NCBI GenBank assembly: GCA_051362555.1
Contig: CM120643.1
Span: 26,974,848 to 27,038,847, forward strand
Reading direction: 5' to 3'
DNA from: Lingula anatina
Lineage: Eukaryota; Animalia; Brachiopoda
DNA: 64,000 bases
The translations under genes and the position numbers were made by a program. The notes beneath the pieces were generated by a model that was not told where the DNA came from, did not search any database, and was given only the letters and a program-made list of their open reading frames with translations. Every line of letters begins with the position of its first letter. Within the stretch, counting starts at the first letter, position 1. Below are positions 22,905 to 34,700 of the stretch, in pieces.

Positions 22905-25900
22905 GTTTCTGAATATGAAATCACTGTGCAGTCGCAGCTCAGAACTGACGTAGATCAGAGCTTGCTGGCCATTTATACCTCTCACACCGTTCTTGGAAGA
23001 GACTAGTTACTGTCGCTGAGCAAGATATCACCAAAGTACGTCGGCGGCATTGCATGCATTGAGAGCTGATGAACAAGAACATTAAGAATCATGGTAGGAC
23101 ACACCATTGTAACAGTCACGTTTATTGGGATGATTAGTTTCTAATTTCGAGTGCTCCACGTCAACAAGTTTTCAAGAGTTGAAGATTACTGTCATCTTGT
23201 TGATCACCCAGTGTGTTTTTAACGAATGGGAGAATTCCAGTAGCGATAAATTGGAACGCATCTCATCAGCCTACATAGGTCGTTGACATGGCTGACAGTT
23301 GGTCGCTATAACTTTACTAAAACAAGGCGGTCAGTTGGTACATTTTTGGTTACCGCATATTTTCACCTTGTAATATTTTCATAAGTAAATGTACAATTTA
23401 TACACTACCATCATACCCAGCATCTTATCCAAAAAATCTCAGAAACCTCGATGCAAACCAATTAGGAAGCATTGCAGGCTAAAACAACCTAAAACTTCAA
23501 TCATTAAAAATCTTTTTGACTTCTAGAAAAATGCATAACCTGTGCCTGAAAGACTGATGCAAACGACCCCAAATTTTATCTTTCCTAAAAGGCTCCAAGT
23601 TGATGATCATCTTGGTTCTGAATACTAAATCACTGTGCAGTAGCAGCACATGACTGGTCATTCATACTTCTCACACAGTTCTTGGAAGAGACAAATTTAC
23701 TGCCGCTGAGCAAGAAATTACCAAAATACGTCGGCGGTCTTGCATGCATTGAGAGCTGGTGAACAAGAACACCAAGAGTCATGGTAGGACACACCACTGT
23801 AACAGTCACGTTTATTGGGATAATTAGTTTGTTATTTCGAGTACTCCACGTTAACAAGTTTTGAAGAGTTGAAGATCACTGCCATCTTGTTGATCACCCG
23901 GTGTGTTCTTAACGTATCGGAGAATTCCAGTAGCGATAGTATAGAACACAACTCTTCAGCCTACGTATGTCATTGATCAGACACGCACCGTAAAACAAAC
24001 ATATTCTGGAATGAACCCAGATCTGTCCTTTTACAATCTCTACACAAACCAGTGGAACAAAAATGGTAGTACAATGTACAAGGAATGTAACTCCAGGGTC
24101 CGATGGGATCGGTGTAGGTTCGGGGTAAACGGAAGGTACATGTAGTGGGGCTTTACCGTGTACATGGGGCACAAAAAAATATGACTTTATACTTTTTGCA
24201 CCACGATTGTGATGATATCTTTAATATTACAGTCCAAGATCGTACAGCGCGGAAGCCGGCCCTGGCAACGCATGCACAACAGCAAAGATTTGTGTCATCA
24301 ATTAGCAAGAGAATAAGTGAAATTAATTTGTAACCTTGGTAGAGGGATGCTTTTCTAAAAGAACTGACGTCCTGGGGCACACGTTACTGGGATTTGATGC
24401 CCGTGGGACAAAACTCCCCCAAGGTATTCGAGCCCTTCAGGAGTACTGTTCCTACTCCCTCGGTGGCAGTGTTACAACCTTTTGGCAAATTCAAGCAATT
24501 TCAGACATAAATTCGTTACCAAAGGCCGTATGAGGCTGCTAGCAGATGCCCAGCATTCGCTGACACATTTGGGACATTTTTTTGGTTACCGAGAGAAGCG
24601 ACTGAAAATGAAAAATATCAGGATCCCAAAGAGAGGCTATGGGTTCCATCATGGTTGCCAGTTGGTCGCTATAATCTTACTAAAACAAGGCGGTCAGTTG
24701 GTACATTTTTGGTTACCGCATTTTTTCACATTGAAATATTTTCATAAGTATATGTATAAACCCTACCATCTTATCCTAAATATCTCAAAAACCTCTTTGC
24801 AAGCCATTTGGGAAGCATTGCAGGGTAACACAACCTAAAACTTCAATCATTTAAAATCATTTTGGCTTCAAGAAAAATGCATAGACTGTGCCTGAAACAC
24901 TGATGCAATCGACCCCCAAATTTTGTGTTTCCTCAAAGGTTGCAAGTTGATGATCATCTTTGTTTTGAATACGAAATCACTGTGCAGTCGCAGCACAGGA
25001 CTGGTCATTTATACATCTCACACCGTTCTTGGAAGAGACAAATTTACTGCCGCTGAGAAAAATACGTTGGCGGCCTTGCATGCATTGAGAGCTGGTGAAC
25101 AAGAACACTAAGAGTCATGGTAGGACATGCCGCGGTAACAATCACGTTTATTGGGATAATTAGTTTGTTATTTCGAGTATTCCACGTTAACAAGTTTTCA
25201 TGTGTAGTAGCGAGGAATTAAAACGCAACTCTCCAGATGAGCCTACATATGTCGTTGATCATACACGCAGCAAAAAACAAACATATTCTAGAATGAGCCC
25301 AGATCTGTCCGTTTACGACCTGTACACAAAACAATGGAACAAAAATGGTAGTGTAAGAAATGCAACTTCAGGGTCCGATGGGATCGGTGAAGGTTAGGGG
25401 AACACGGAAGGCATTGAGGTCTTTTCGTAGGACACAAAAACTTTTGACTTTCTACTTTTTGCACCACGCTTGTCATGATATCTTTAACATTACAGTCCAA
25501 ATTCGTACAAAACGGGTGCCGGCCCTTGAAACGCATGAAAAAAAAATCAAAGATTTGTGTCATCAATTAGCAAGAGCATAAGTGAGATTAATTTTTGGTC
25601 TCGGTAGAGGGACGCGTTTCTATAAAAACAGACGTCCTGGGGAATGCGTTACTGAGATTTGATGCTCGTGGGACAAAACTCGACCAAACTATTTGAGCCC
25701 TTCAGGAGTACTGTTCCTACTGCCTCGGTGGCAATGTGGTACAACCTTTTGGCAAATTCAACCAACTTCAGACACAAATTCGTTACCAAAGGTCGTATGA
25801 GGGCGCTAGCAGGTAGCCGGCATTCGCTGACACATTTGGGACATATTTTTGTGCATCGACAGGAGCGACTGAAAATGAAAAATATCAAGATCCCAAAGAG

Positions 25901-26745
25901 GGGCTATGGGTTCCATCATGGTTGACAGTTAGTCGCTATAACCTTACAAAAACCAGGCTGACAGTTGGTACATTTTTGGTTAACGCATGTTTTTCACCTT
26001 GAAATAATTTCATGTGTAAATCTATCATTTATACCCTACCATCTTATCCTTAATTTCCGGGAAACATCGATGCAAATCATTTGGCAAGCATTGCGGGCTA
26101 AAACAACCTAAAACTTTCATCATTTTCATTTTCAGTAATCTTTTTGGCTTCAAGAAAAATGCAAGATTTATGCCTAAAACATTGATGCAAACGACCCCAG
26201 ATTTTGTGTTTCCTAAACGGCTGCAAGTTGATGATCATCTTGGTTCTGAATACAAAATCACTCTGCAGTCGTAGCACAGAACTGGTCATTTATATATCTC
26301 ACACAGTCGTTGGAAGAGGCAAATTTACTGCCGCTGAGCAGGAAATTAACAAAACACGCCGGCGGCTTTGCATGCATGGTGAACAAGAACACCAAGTTCA
26401 CCAAGAGTCATGGTAGGACATGCTGCTGTAACAGTCACGTTAATTTGGATAATTTGTTATTTCGAGTACTCCACGTCAACAAGTTTTCAAGAATTGAACA
26501 TTACTGCTATCTTGTTGATCACCCAGTGTGCTTTTAACGTATCCAGCATCGATAGATTGGATCGCAATTCTTTAGCCTACATATGTCGTTGATTATACAC
26601 GCAGCAAAAAACAAACATATTCTGGAATGAACCCAGATCTGTCAGTTGACAGTACGACCTCTACACAAACCGGTGGAACGAAAAAAGGTAGTGCAAGGAA
26701 TGCAACTTCAGGGTCCGATGGGATCGGTGCAGGTTTGGGAATACC
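22890..26745. repeat. Degenerate ~1.3-kb tandem repeat array (about 3.5 units)
   Basis: The anchor GATGATCATC..AATCACT(G/C)TGCAGT recurs at ~22893, 23602, 24949 and 26230. The first unit has an internal deletion near 23285. Parallel ORFs 24482/25659, 24923/26204 and 24145/25360 are paralogous. Confidence 0.85.
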
Positions 26746-28740
26746 CATTCAGTAATGGGATGTCAAGCCGTTGCTGAAATTCTGATGCATTTGTCCTAAT
26801 GGATTTTTTTCTTGATACGAGAAAAATAAAATATTTTGTGCAGCTTTACATTTATCGCTACTCGCACTCCCGCCATGATGTTCACATTACTCTCTTATGA
26901 GAACAAAAGACCGCGTGCTTAACCGGAAGTACTATTGATGAAAGACTGTCACTGCCATATCCGTTTGAACGCAGAGAAAATATAAAATATCCCTTCATAG
27001 TGTTTTGCTTAAATATAATTGATCTCTGATGTCGTAGGGCCTGTGCGGTTACGGTCACACTGGACAAACATCCTAGTAACTGTCTGAGGTTGCAAAAACT
27101 GATTTGTTACCTGTGTATATTATTTGTTGATATAATTCAGTGGATGAAAACATCAAAATAAATAATAATAATATTTGCTGATTACGTCCTTCTACATTTC
27201 TCTGCATCCGTCTTCTTTTAATTGTTCACTACAGAACATTTACATGAAGATACATGCACAGCAATGAAACGGGTTTTATTTACTGGCGTTTTTACCAATT
27301 TGTTTAACAAAACATTAAAAGAAATAAACAAAGCATAAGAAATTAGCACATCCGCTAAGGCTCATATGTAATTTCGTGGTAGAACTGAGGCAAGGCTGCT
27401 ATACGTAGTCAGCACTGTTGTGTTAGCATAGTACTGGAATCATGGAGTGAAATAGGAGTGAAAATATTGGCGATGCAAAGAATAAAACAGAAGACTCGGT
27501 GCAGCTGGTTGCCAACCTCCGAACCGGAGATATTAAAGTCATAAAAATTGTAGTCATATTTTACAATTCAATAAATAAGCATATATCTGTAACTTTGTAC
27601 GAAATTAGATCTAGAGTTATTTCAAAGATGATATTTTAGGTTATCAATAACGGTATTATACATGATTTTAACATGATTTTCATTATCTCTGATAATAATA
27701 TATTTTTATTTATATCATTTCATAATATCACATCATATCATATCATAATACATTTTATTGATATCATTTTGGTTCTTCAAAGACGAATTGCGCAATGTTC
27801 GTTTAGCTCAATGCAAAAACTTTTCTATTAAGTGATTTTAAGATCAAAGTTGATGTTTCACATGGAATGATATTAAAACAGAAATCGGGTTGCTTTTCTA
27901 TTTTCTAAACTCACAACAATCAGTTCTAAGAAAGTAAGTAATGGTCTGAATAAGAAATCAAAAATGTGATCAACATTTAATAAAAAAAAAATTTAAAATC
28001 ATTCTCTGATATATCCTAAAATAACTGCAATGATTTTGAGGAAAGCAGGTACTTTATAGCAGCAATATTACAAAATTGTCTTATTTGGTATTGATTTACA
28101 TAACAAAATATAAGTCTATTTTGACCCAACATAATAACTAGAAGTAAATCAAATATAACTGTGTCTAGTCATTAAAATGAAATAATTGGTTACAGTTAAA
28201 GACGAATAGACAGTCATCCACTTAATAAAATGAAATACTGGTAGCAGTTTATGACGAAAAGACAATCTTTCTCCGAATCAGTGATCTACAGAATGCATAT
28301 CGTTACCGGCCACAGCATCACGATCTGCTAATACGTTAAAACAATAAACTAATTCTTTCTTGAAACTTCTCTCAACGAACTAGAATTAACACAATTTGCC
28401 AATATCTGCGACGAAGCGTAGCTGTAGAACAAGATATCAGTTAGAACGGATAGAGGACACATGTAGTCACGTGCTCCACTTTCCATTTGCATCTCGAACA
28501 AAATCTTGCACAGGTCATTTGCATTAATTACAATTTAAGGTTATATACCAGTATATTGTACCTATATATTTGAGGTTATACCAGTATATTGTACATATAC
28601 TTGAGGATCGATCGTGTCTAAATCAGAAATTGCTATGTGCAGAATTCTTGTCTTATTTGTTTTAGTTCTACAATTCAAACAAAAAAGGGTACTGTGGTAC
28701 ATGCACGTATATATGTCAGCGCGACTCCTGGCAATTACTG

Positions 28741-28787
28741 TTTGATATTTATCTTGGACATTTGGGTGTCGGTCTCCTCCCCCATGT
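28741..28787 (-). pseudogene. Relic of the IFI44-like terminal exon
   Basis: TTTGATATTTATCTTGGACATTTGGGTGTCGGTCTCCTCCCCCATGT matches 31719-31766 (codons for DMEEETDTQMSKINIK) with about 3 mismatches. Confidence 0.6.
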
Positions 28788-31713
28788 AAGCGCGACTTCT
28801 TGTCGGAGACATTTTATAATTCATAGGTAATTTCAGTAACTTCACGTAATAACTTAAAACTCCTTATAATACGTTATGTAAAGCCTAAAGAGACAGAGTA
28901 AGCTACGATGACTATTCCGATTTAGAAGCCATGGTTTAAAAAGTTCATGAAGCCATTGTCTTGATACTAAAAAGTGTGATTCCCCACATATCGTCAGAAT
29001 GTACCTAAGCAAGCGTAGTAGTAGTAGTAGTAACGCGTTATCCAATCTAAAAGCATTCAACAGTGTCTGCAGTATTTCGAGCCCGTTTCTAAGGATGAGT
29101 GCGAATAAGGGGGTAAAAGTGCCCACTTTTGTACATGAAAAATAAATTGTGAATGAATGGAAAAAAATTGATGCCAAATTAAAGTTGGGGTCTTACACTT
29201 TTATAATCCACTTAAAAAAATTATTTTCATTGAATTTGAAATATGAAAAATTAATGTCAAAATGACCTTGTCAAATATTCATGAAAATGTGTGTTTTAGG
29301 GGGGGTCTGAATTGCAATGCTACGTATCTTTAGTTACAGTAAGGTGACAACTGTGAAATTTTGTAATTGGGCACAGAAGGTGCCCATGTAAAAAAGTAAG
29401 GCAACATGTGGCCAATCATTGTTTGTGATCAATATTTTGATTGCTTTATTTATACATGTAGTGCTAATTGAAAGAAGAATCTTACAGTGACTTGAGGATA
29501 AAAGATGTTCATTTTTTATATGAGCCCCTGCCTCAGACAAGCTAATTATCCATGGTTGAAAAGATATGAATATAAGGTGAGATATATGTGAAAATCAGCT
29601 TGTCTGAGGGTTGGGCTCGATATGTACTCAAACTAAATAGGGACATTTTCAGTCCATATGCTAGCAGGCGGCCATGTTTATTCCTGCCATGAGGTAGCTG
29701 CCACATGCTTACTTAGGATGGCTAGGCAGATACAGTGAAACTTTTGTACAAAAAGAACAACCCGAAATAAAATGTAGGTCTTTGAAAGGAAAATAGGGGT
29801 TAGAGTGGGTAAAATATTTTTAATTACAACCAAAAAAAAGTCATTTTCATATATGTAATGCATGCTATCATCAAAAAAAAAAAAAGGAAATATGGATAGG
29901 AAATAGAGTCCAAATACAGTAAGTATATCTTACTTTCATTCTTATTTCTTAGGATAAAGAAAGATTAAATGTAAAATGTGCTTCAGACATTCAAAGTTAT
30001 ATTAATTATCATAATAGCAGATGTACATTGTGGTGGCTCCTACTTTATATAGAGACCCATGCATGCTGTAATAGACCTCTACACATAAGGGTGGCTAAAC
30101 CCAACCCCCTCTAATGGGCATGAAAGTACAATTTGTACAACCAAAATTGTTGTGTAAATGTCCTCTTTCATGTCTATTTTGCATAAAAAGTAAAATAAAA
30201 GGCTCCATCACACACCCTAGTTTTGTTACTTATGACCTAATCTTCCACACCAGCACTATTCATAAAAGCTTTGCAGAGTTTTTTTTCTTCTTTTTTTTTC
30301 ACCAAAATGCTATGAATGGCTTTATTTGTCAGTGAAAACCTATTGACTTGGTAAATAGTCCATACAAGAGACCACCAGCCTATAATAATTACCAGAAGTT
30401 TACCAGATAAAGCAAGCTAGCCAATATACTGATGAGCATCTGCTAGATGGCCAGTTTGAAATCAGTGTATGCAAGAATGCACCTGATTTAATCAGATCCA
30501 AAATAGTTAATTAAGACACACATCTAGCCACCAGTACACATTATGGATTCGGACCTCCCATAGCAAAACTAGACCCATCAGTGGCGGGTACTGACAGTGT
30601 AAAGCTGGTTCCAAGACAGTTGGAAGCTGTGCACATATCGCTTTAGTCCTGTGGTATATGGGGTTTGACATGAGGCAGGGATACAATCGAAAATTATGTT
30701 GTGGAGAAGGCTGTTTGGATACCTCACATTTACCAACATCAAGTGGTGACAGTATTAGCAAGACAAAATGTGTTTTGGACAGCACATCTGATTAATTATC
30801 TATTGTTTCATTATACATTTTTTATACTCATATTTGTATATTTTGTATAATAACTCTTGAATTGCATTATCATTACATAATCATATATGAAGTACTTTTT
30901 AGGTGATTTAATTTCATTGTCATACAGATTATTGGCCATAACTGTTATTATGTGTACTATATTTTCATTTAGTTTTTAGTTATACCTTATCATTATTTTG
31001 GTGCAATTTATACCTTGTTTATTTTATGGTTTATGGAAACATTCCAAATAGCTGTTTAGAGTGCTTTTACACATGATTTTTTTGTTGTTACTGTAATAGC
31101 CTTTTGCTTTTAGCATTTTTACTATGCTTTAGAAATGTGTATTGGTTAAAAATACAATTATTTAGACCAACAAATGCTGGTCTGTGAGAAAAGTTATATA
31201 AAATTAATAAATACGCTGAAACAAGTTTTTCTAGTAACAAGACTTTTATACAGTTAAGTGAATTCAGTGATGGCTTATGTGAGAAAATACCGTAATATAC
31301 CACCCCTCCCTCTCTTATCTAGAATAAAAAAAAAACAATAATTACTTTCCCATTTACTTGTGCCACACCACAATTATTTAACATATAACTCTTTTTTACA
31401 TCACAAGACAAGTTTCATTAGAAAAAAATTGTTTATGTAACAGGTAAATGCTGAAACAAGTTGCTCTGATTCATTAGACTGCATACAACAGGTACATTGT
31501 AAATCCGGCTACCCCCCCCCCCATATAACTCATTAAAATACTAAGTTACAATGCCTCAAACCAAATATTATTTTTCCATGCAACAAATATATGCATAACC
31601 TTTATAATAGCAAATTATTTTTAAATTTTGAAGATGGGCACTTTGCCAATGGTTATTCGCACTCATCCTTTAATTCATTACTAAATTTTGTGTGGTTCCG
31701 GACATCCTCGGAG

Positions 31714-34700
31714 TTAACTTTTGATATTAATCTTAGACATTTGGGTGTCGGTCTCCTCCTCCATGTCGTCGAGTTGATCCTCAATGTAGTCCTCGGCACT
31801 TCCGGTCATCTGTCTGAGGGCGTTCAGTGTCAGGATGTCCAGCCTGGGGTCAACAGAAGTCTCGGACTCGTAGTTCCTCACGGGATGGACGTGATTACTC
31901 TGTATGCCGAATGCGTCACTGATTTCTTTCACTTTCTTTTCAATCAGACGACTGTGAAATATCACAGATGGGTCTTCAGCTACGTCTTTGCATACTTTGT
32001 CCACCTTGGTCAAGACCACGTGGACCGGGATATCTGCAAGAGTTTAAACTTCAGTTAATTTATTCTTACTCTCAAAGCAATATTTGTACACACTGATCTG
32101 TGGTTAAGTCAGCAAGACAATTGTACCTACAAATAATCAAGTCTGAATATTTCATCAATCAACAATTAAACTACATGCACTTCGCCGGAACAAAACCCCA
32201 ACAGATAATTGTACAGTGTACAGGGTCTACCCGCACGAAAATGCAGTAGTATCGAAGTAGCAAATAAGCATTAACGCAGTAGAGGTGTGGAGCATATTTG
32301 CAGTAGAAATGCAGTATAGCCTACTGCATTTCTACTGCAAATATGCTCCACACCACTACTGCGTTAATGCTTCTTTGCTACTTCGATACTACTGCATTTT
32401 CGTGCGGGTATATACATGTACATGCTCAGTGAGGCGAGGCTCAGATATGTTACCCTTGAGACTTCTCCCTTCCACCCTTTCACTTGCCTAAATTAATGGG
32501 TATGTTCAAGCAAACTATGCCAATTTTATTGATATACCCTGTCTTCCCTTTAACATTAAAATACCAATTTTCGAACGTCGTTCTTTTTTAATGGGTGCGA
32601 TACTCATACATGTTACACGTTGTTGAAGGGAAGACAGGATATATCAATAAAATTGGCATAGTTTGCTTGAACATAACCGTTTATTTAGGTTAAAAAACTT
32701 ATTCGAAATCGCGCCACCGCTCCACATCTGTCATGCAATTAATTAAATATAAAAGCAAAAATAATCGACTTTTAAATTTCAGTTACAGAAATATAGAAAT
32801 TACCTCTGCCACGTGCCAGAGTTCGTATAGCCAGCAGTCTGTCCTTGACCTTGGGTGGCATGACCTTGTATGTGCTGCCATCTATGACAAGTGCTACACA
32901 GTGAATGACGTCAGCCAAACCAGGATCCTTCACAAAACCAGGAGATTTACGTGAGATACGCACAGCCGGGTTAAACTGGAGATAAATTTAATAAAAAAAG
33001 TTTATTTTATGTAAATATAATTGCACGTTATTAAATTACTACATTTGACTAAAATTGTAAGAGACTTTTCGTTAAACAAAGATACAAAGAAATCACGAAC
33101 CATTAATGCAAAGTGAAATTAAGGTAAACTCAAATAAAAAAAAAATGAATTTAAGCATAATAAACATTTATTATCTGAGTGATCATTTTTTTGGAAATTT
33201 TAAAGAGTGTTGAATCATCTTCGTTAGCCTAACGTTGTATATCCCATCACTGTAGTCTTAGTATGGGATAATTAACAATTGACTGATACAGTATATTCGC
33301 CAGGGTGTTAGACACCGGCCTCTACCATCAGAACACCTCTGTCTTCCCTGTGACTCTGGACATCTACGACTCCAGGAGCTAATTAATACGTCACTGACCT
33401 GGAAATGATTCGGCACGTGACCATCCAGCACATAGGACATGTCGACCACATCTAGCCCCTGGTCCTCTTCCAGACCCATGGTGTCACACAGACGGAACGC
33501 AGGTGTCTGGTGGCCTCCTTGGATCGCATACACACGATACTATAAGAAGAGCAACAACAACGACAACAATAAGAAAGAAAGATAAAAATTATTAATTCTG
33601 ACATTGCAACTTACATTAAGCAACTCCAGGCCTACCCAACTACCAGACTCGGCACATAGGGATCCTGAATTAACCGGCATTTTGGACCACACTACCCGTT
33701 TTCAAGGTGTGTTTCAGATCGCATTTCGGAGTATCATACTCCAGAACAAAGTTTGTAGGACGACCGCGGGCTCATCCTGTCGGTGTTCTGACTGATACTC
33801 CGAAATGCGATCTGACACACACCTTGAAAACGGGTAGTGTGGTCCGGTATACCGGTTAATTCAGGATCCTTATGTGCCAAGTCTGGTAGTTTGGTAGGCC
33901 TGAGCTCATCAACTTTGATACACGTAGCTTTCACTTGGTTAATGACCTGGATGGAATGGTCAGCAGATCTATTGTAATGCGGCTAGGAATAGTCTCCAAT
34001 AGAATTAGTGTCCCGTTCCACATGTGCGAGAGGTTAACACCCGAGGCCTCCTTTCTTGTTCAGTGTTGGATTTCCACCTGTTCCCAGATAGCTTCTTGCT
34101 TTAATGTCACGTTTGCTCCAGCTTTTCTCCAGGTTTCAGAGTTATTACTATTCATCATTCTTATTCTTCTGCATGACTAATAACATTCACTCAATAAGGA
34201 AGAAAGAAAGGAAGAAAGAAAGAGGAACAAGGCAGCAAAGCTGTCAAATGTACAGACAAAAAACAGAAAAAAAGATGCAAAATAGGTCATTTTGTCAATT
34301 TTGTTGCAATAATATATGCTTATAATAGCACAGTGAGTCAACACTGATTTTTAATCATGAACAACAGGTAACATGGTCAATAACAGGAGCAGATCCAGAG
34401 ATATTTTCTGACAGTATTCCAAAGTATCTTTGTTGATCCATCCTCCATTTTGATGGTCTTCCAACAGAAACCCGTAAATATAAACTTTAAAATCTGACTG
34501 TCTTCCAGGAGACCCAGAAAATGGTCTCAATCCACCCCTTCAATAAGGTTACAGTTTCAGGATCATGAGAGTTAAAGTTCACATGATGAAAGTCCCAATA
34601 TATGAAAAATGATGACAGTGCATAAAATAATATTACAGCCTGTTTAAAGACATAAATACCAATACAACTGCTTATGTGGTTTTGAAAATGTGCAGAGCCT

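Noticed and set aside
22905-22985. First 27 codons of the 535-aa ORF
   Set aside because: Non-ATG start inside repeat sequence; the signal peptide starts at ATG 22904.
24080-24125. TPGSDGIG/TSGSDGIG resembling an SDR Rossmann motif in the 1.3-kb repeat
   Set aside because: Does not fit TGxxxGxG and no downstream SDR motifs were seen.
31591-32058. 155-aa plus-strand ORF (also 12587-12928, 34911-36551 minus ORFs, 49544-49987)
   Set aside because: Antisense to real coding sequence or low-complexity read-through; no independent motifs.
33604-33934. Pair of similar ORFs on opposite strands
   Set aside because: Artefact of the foldback MITE.
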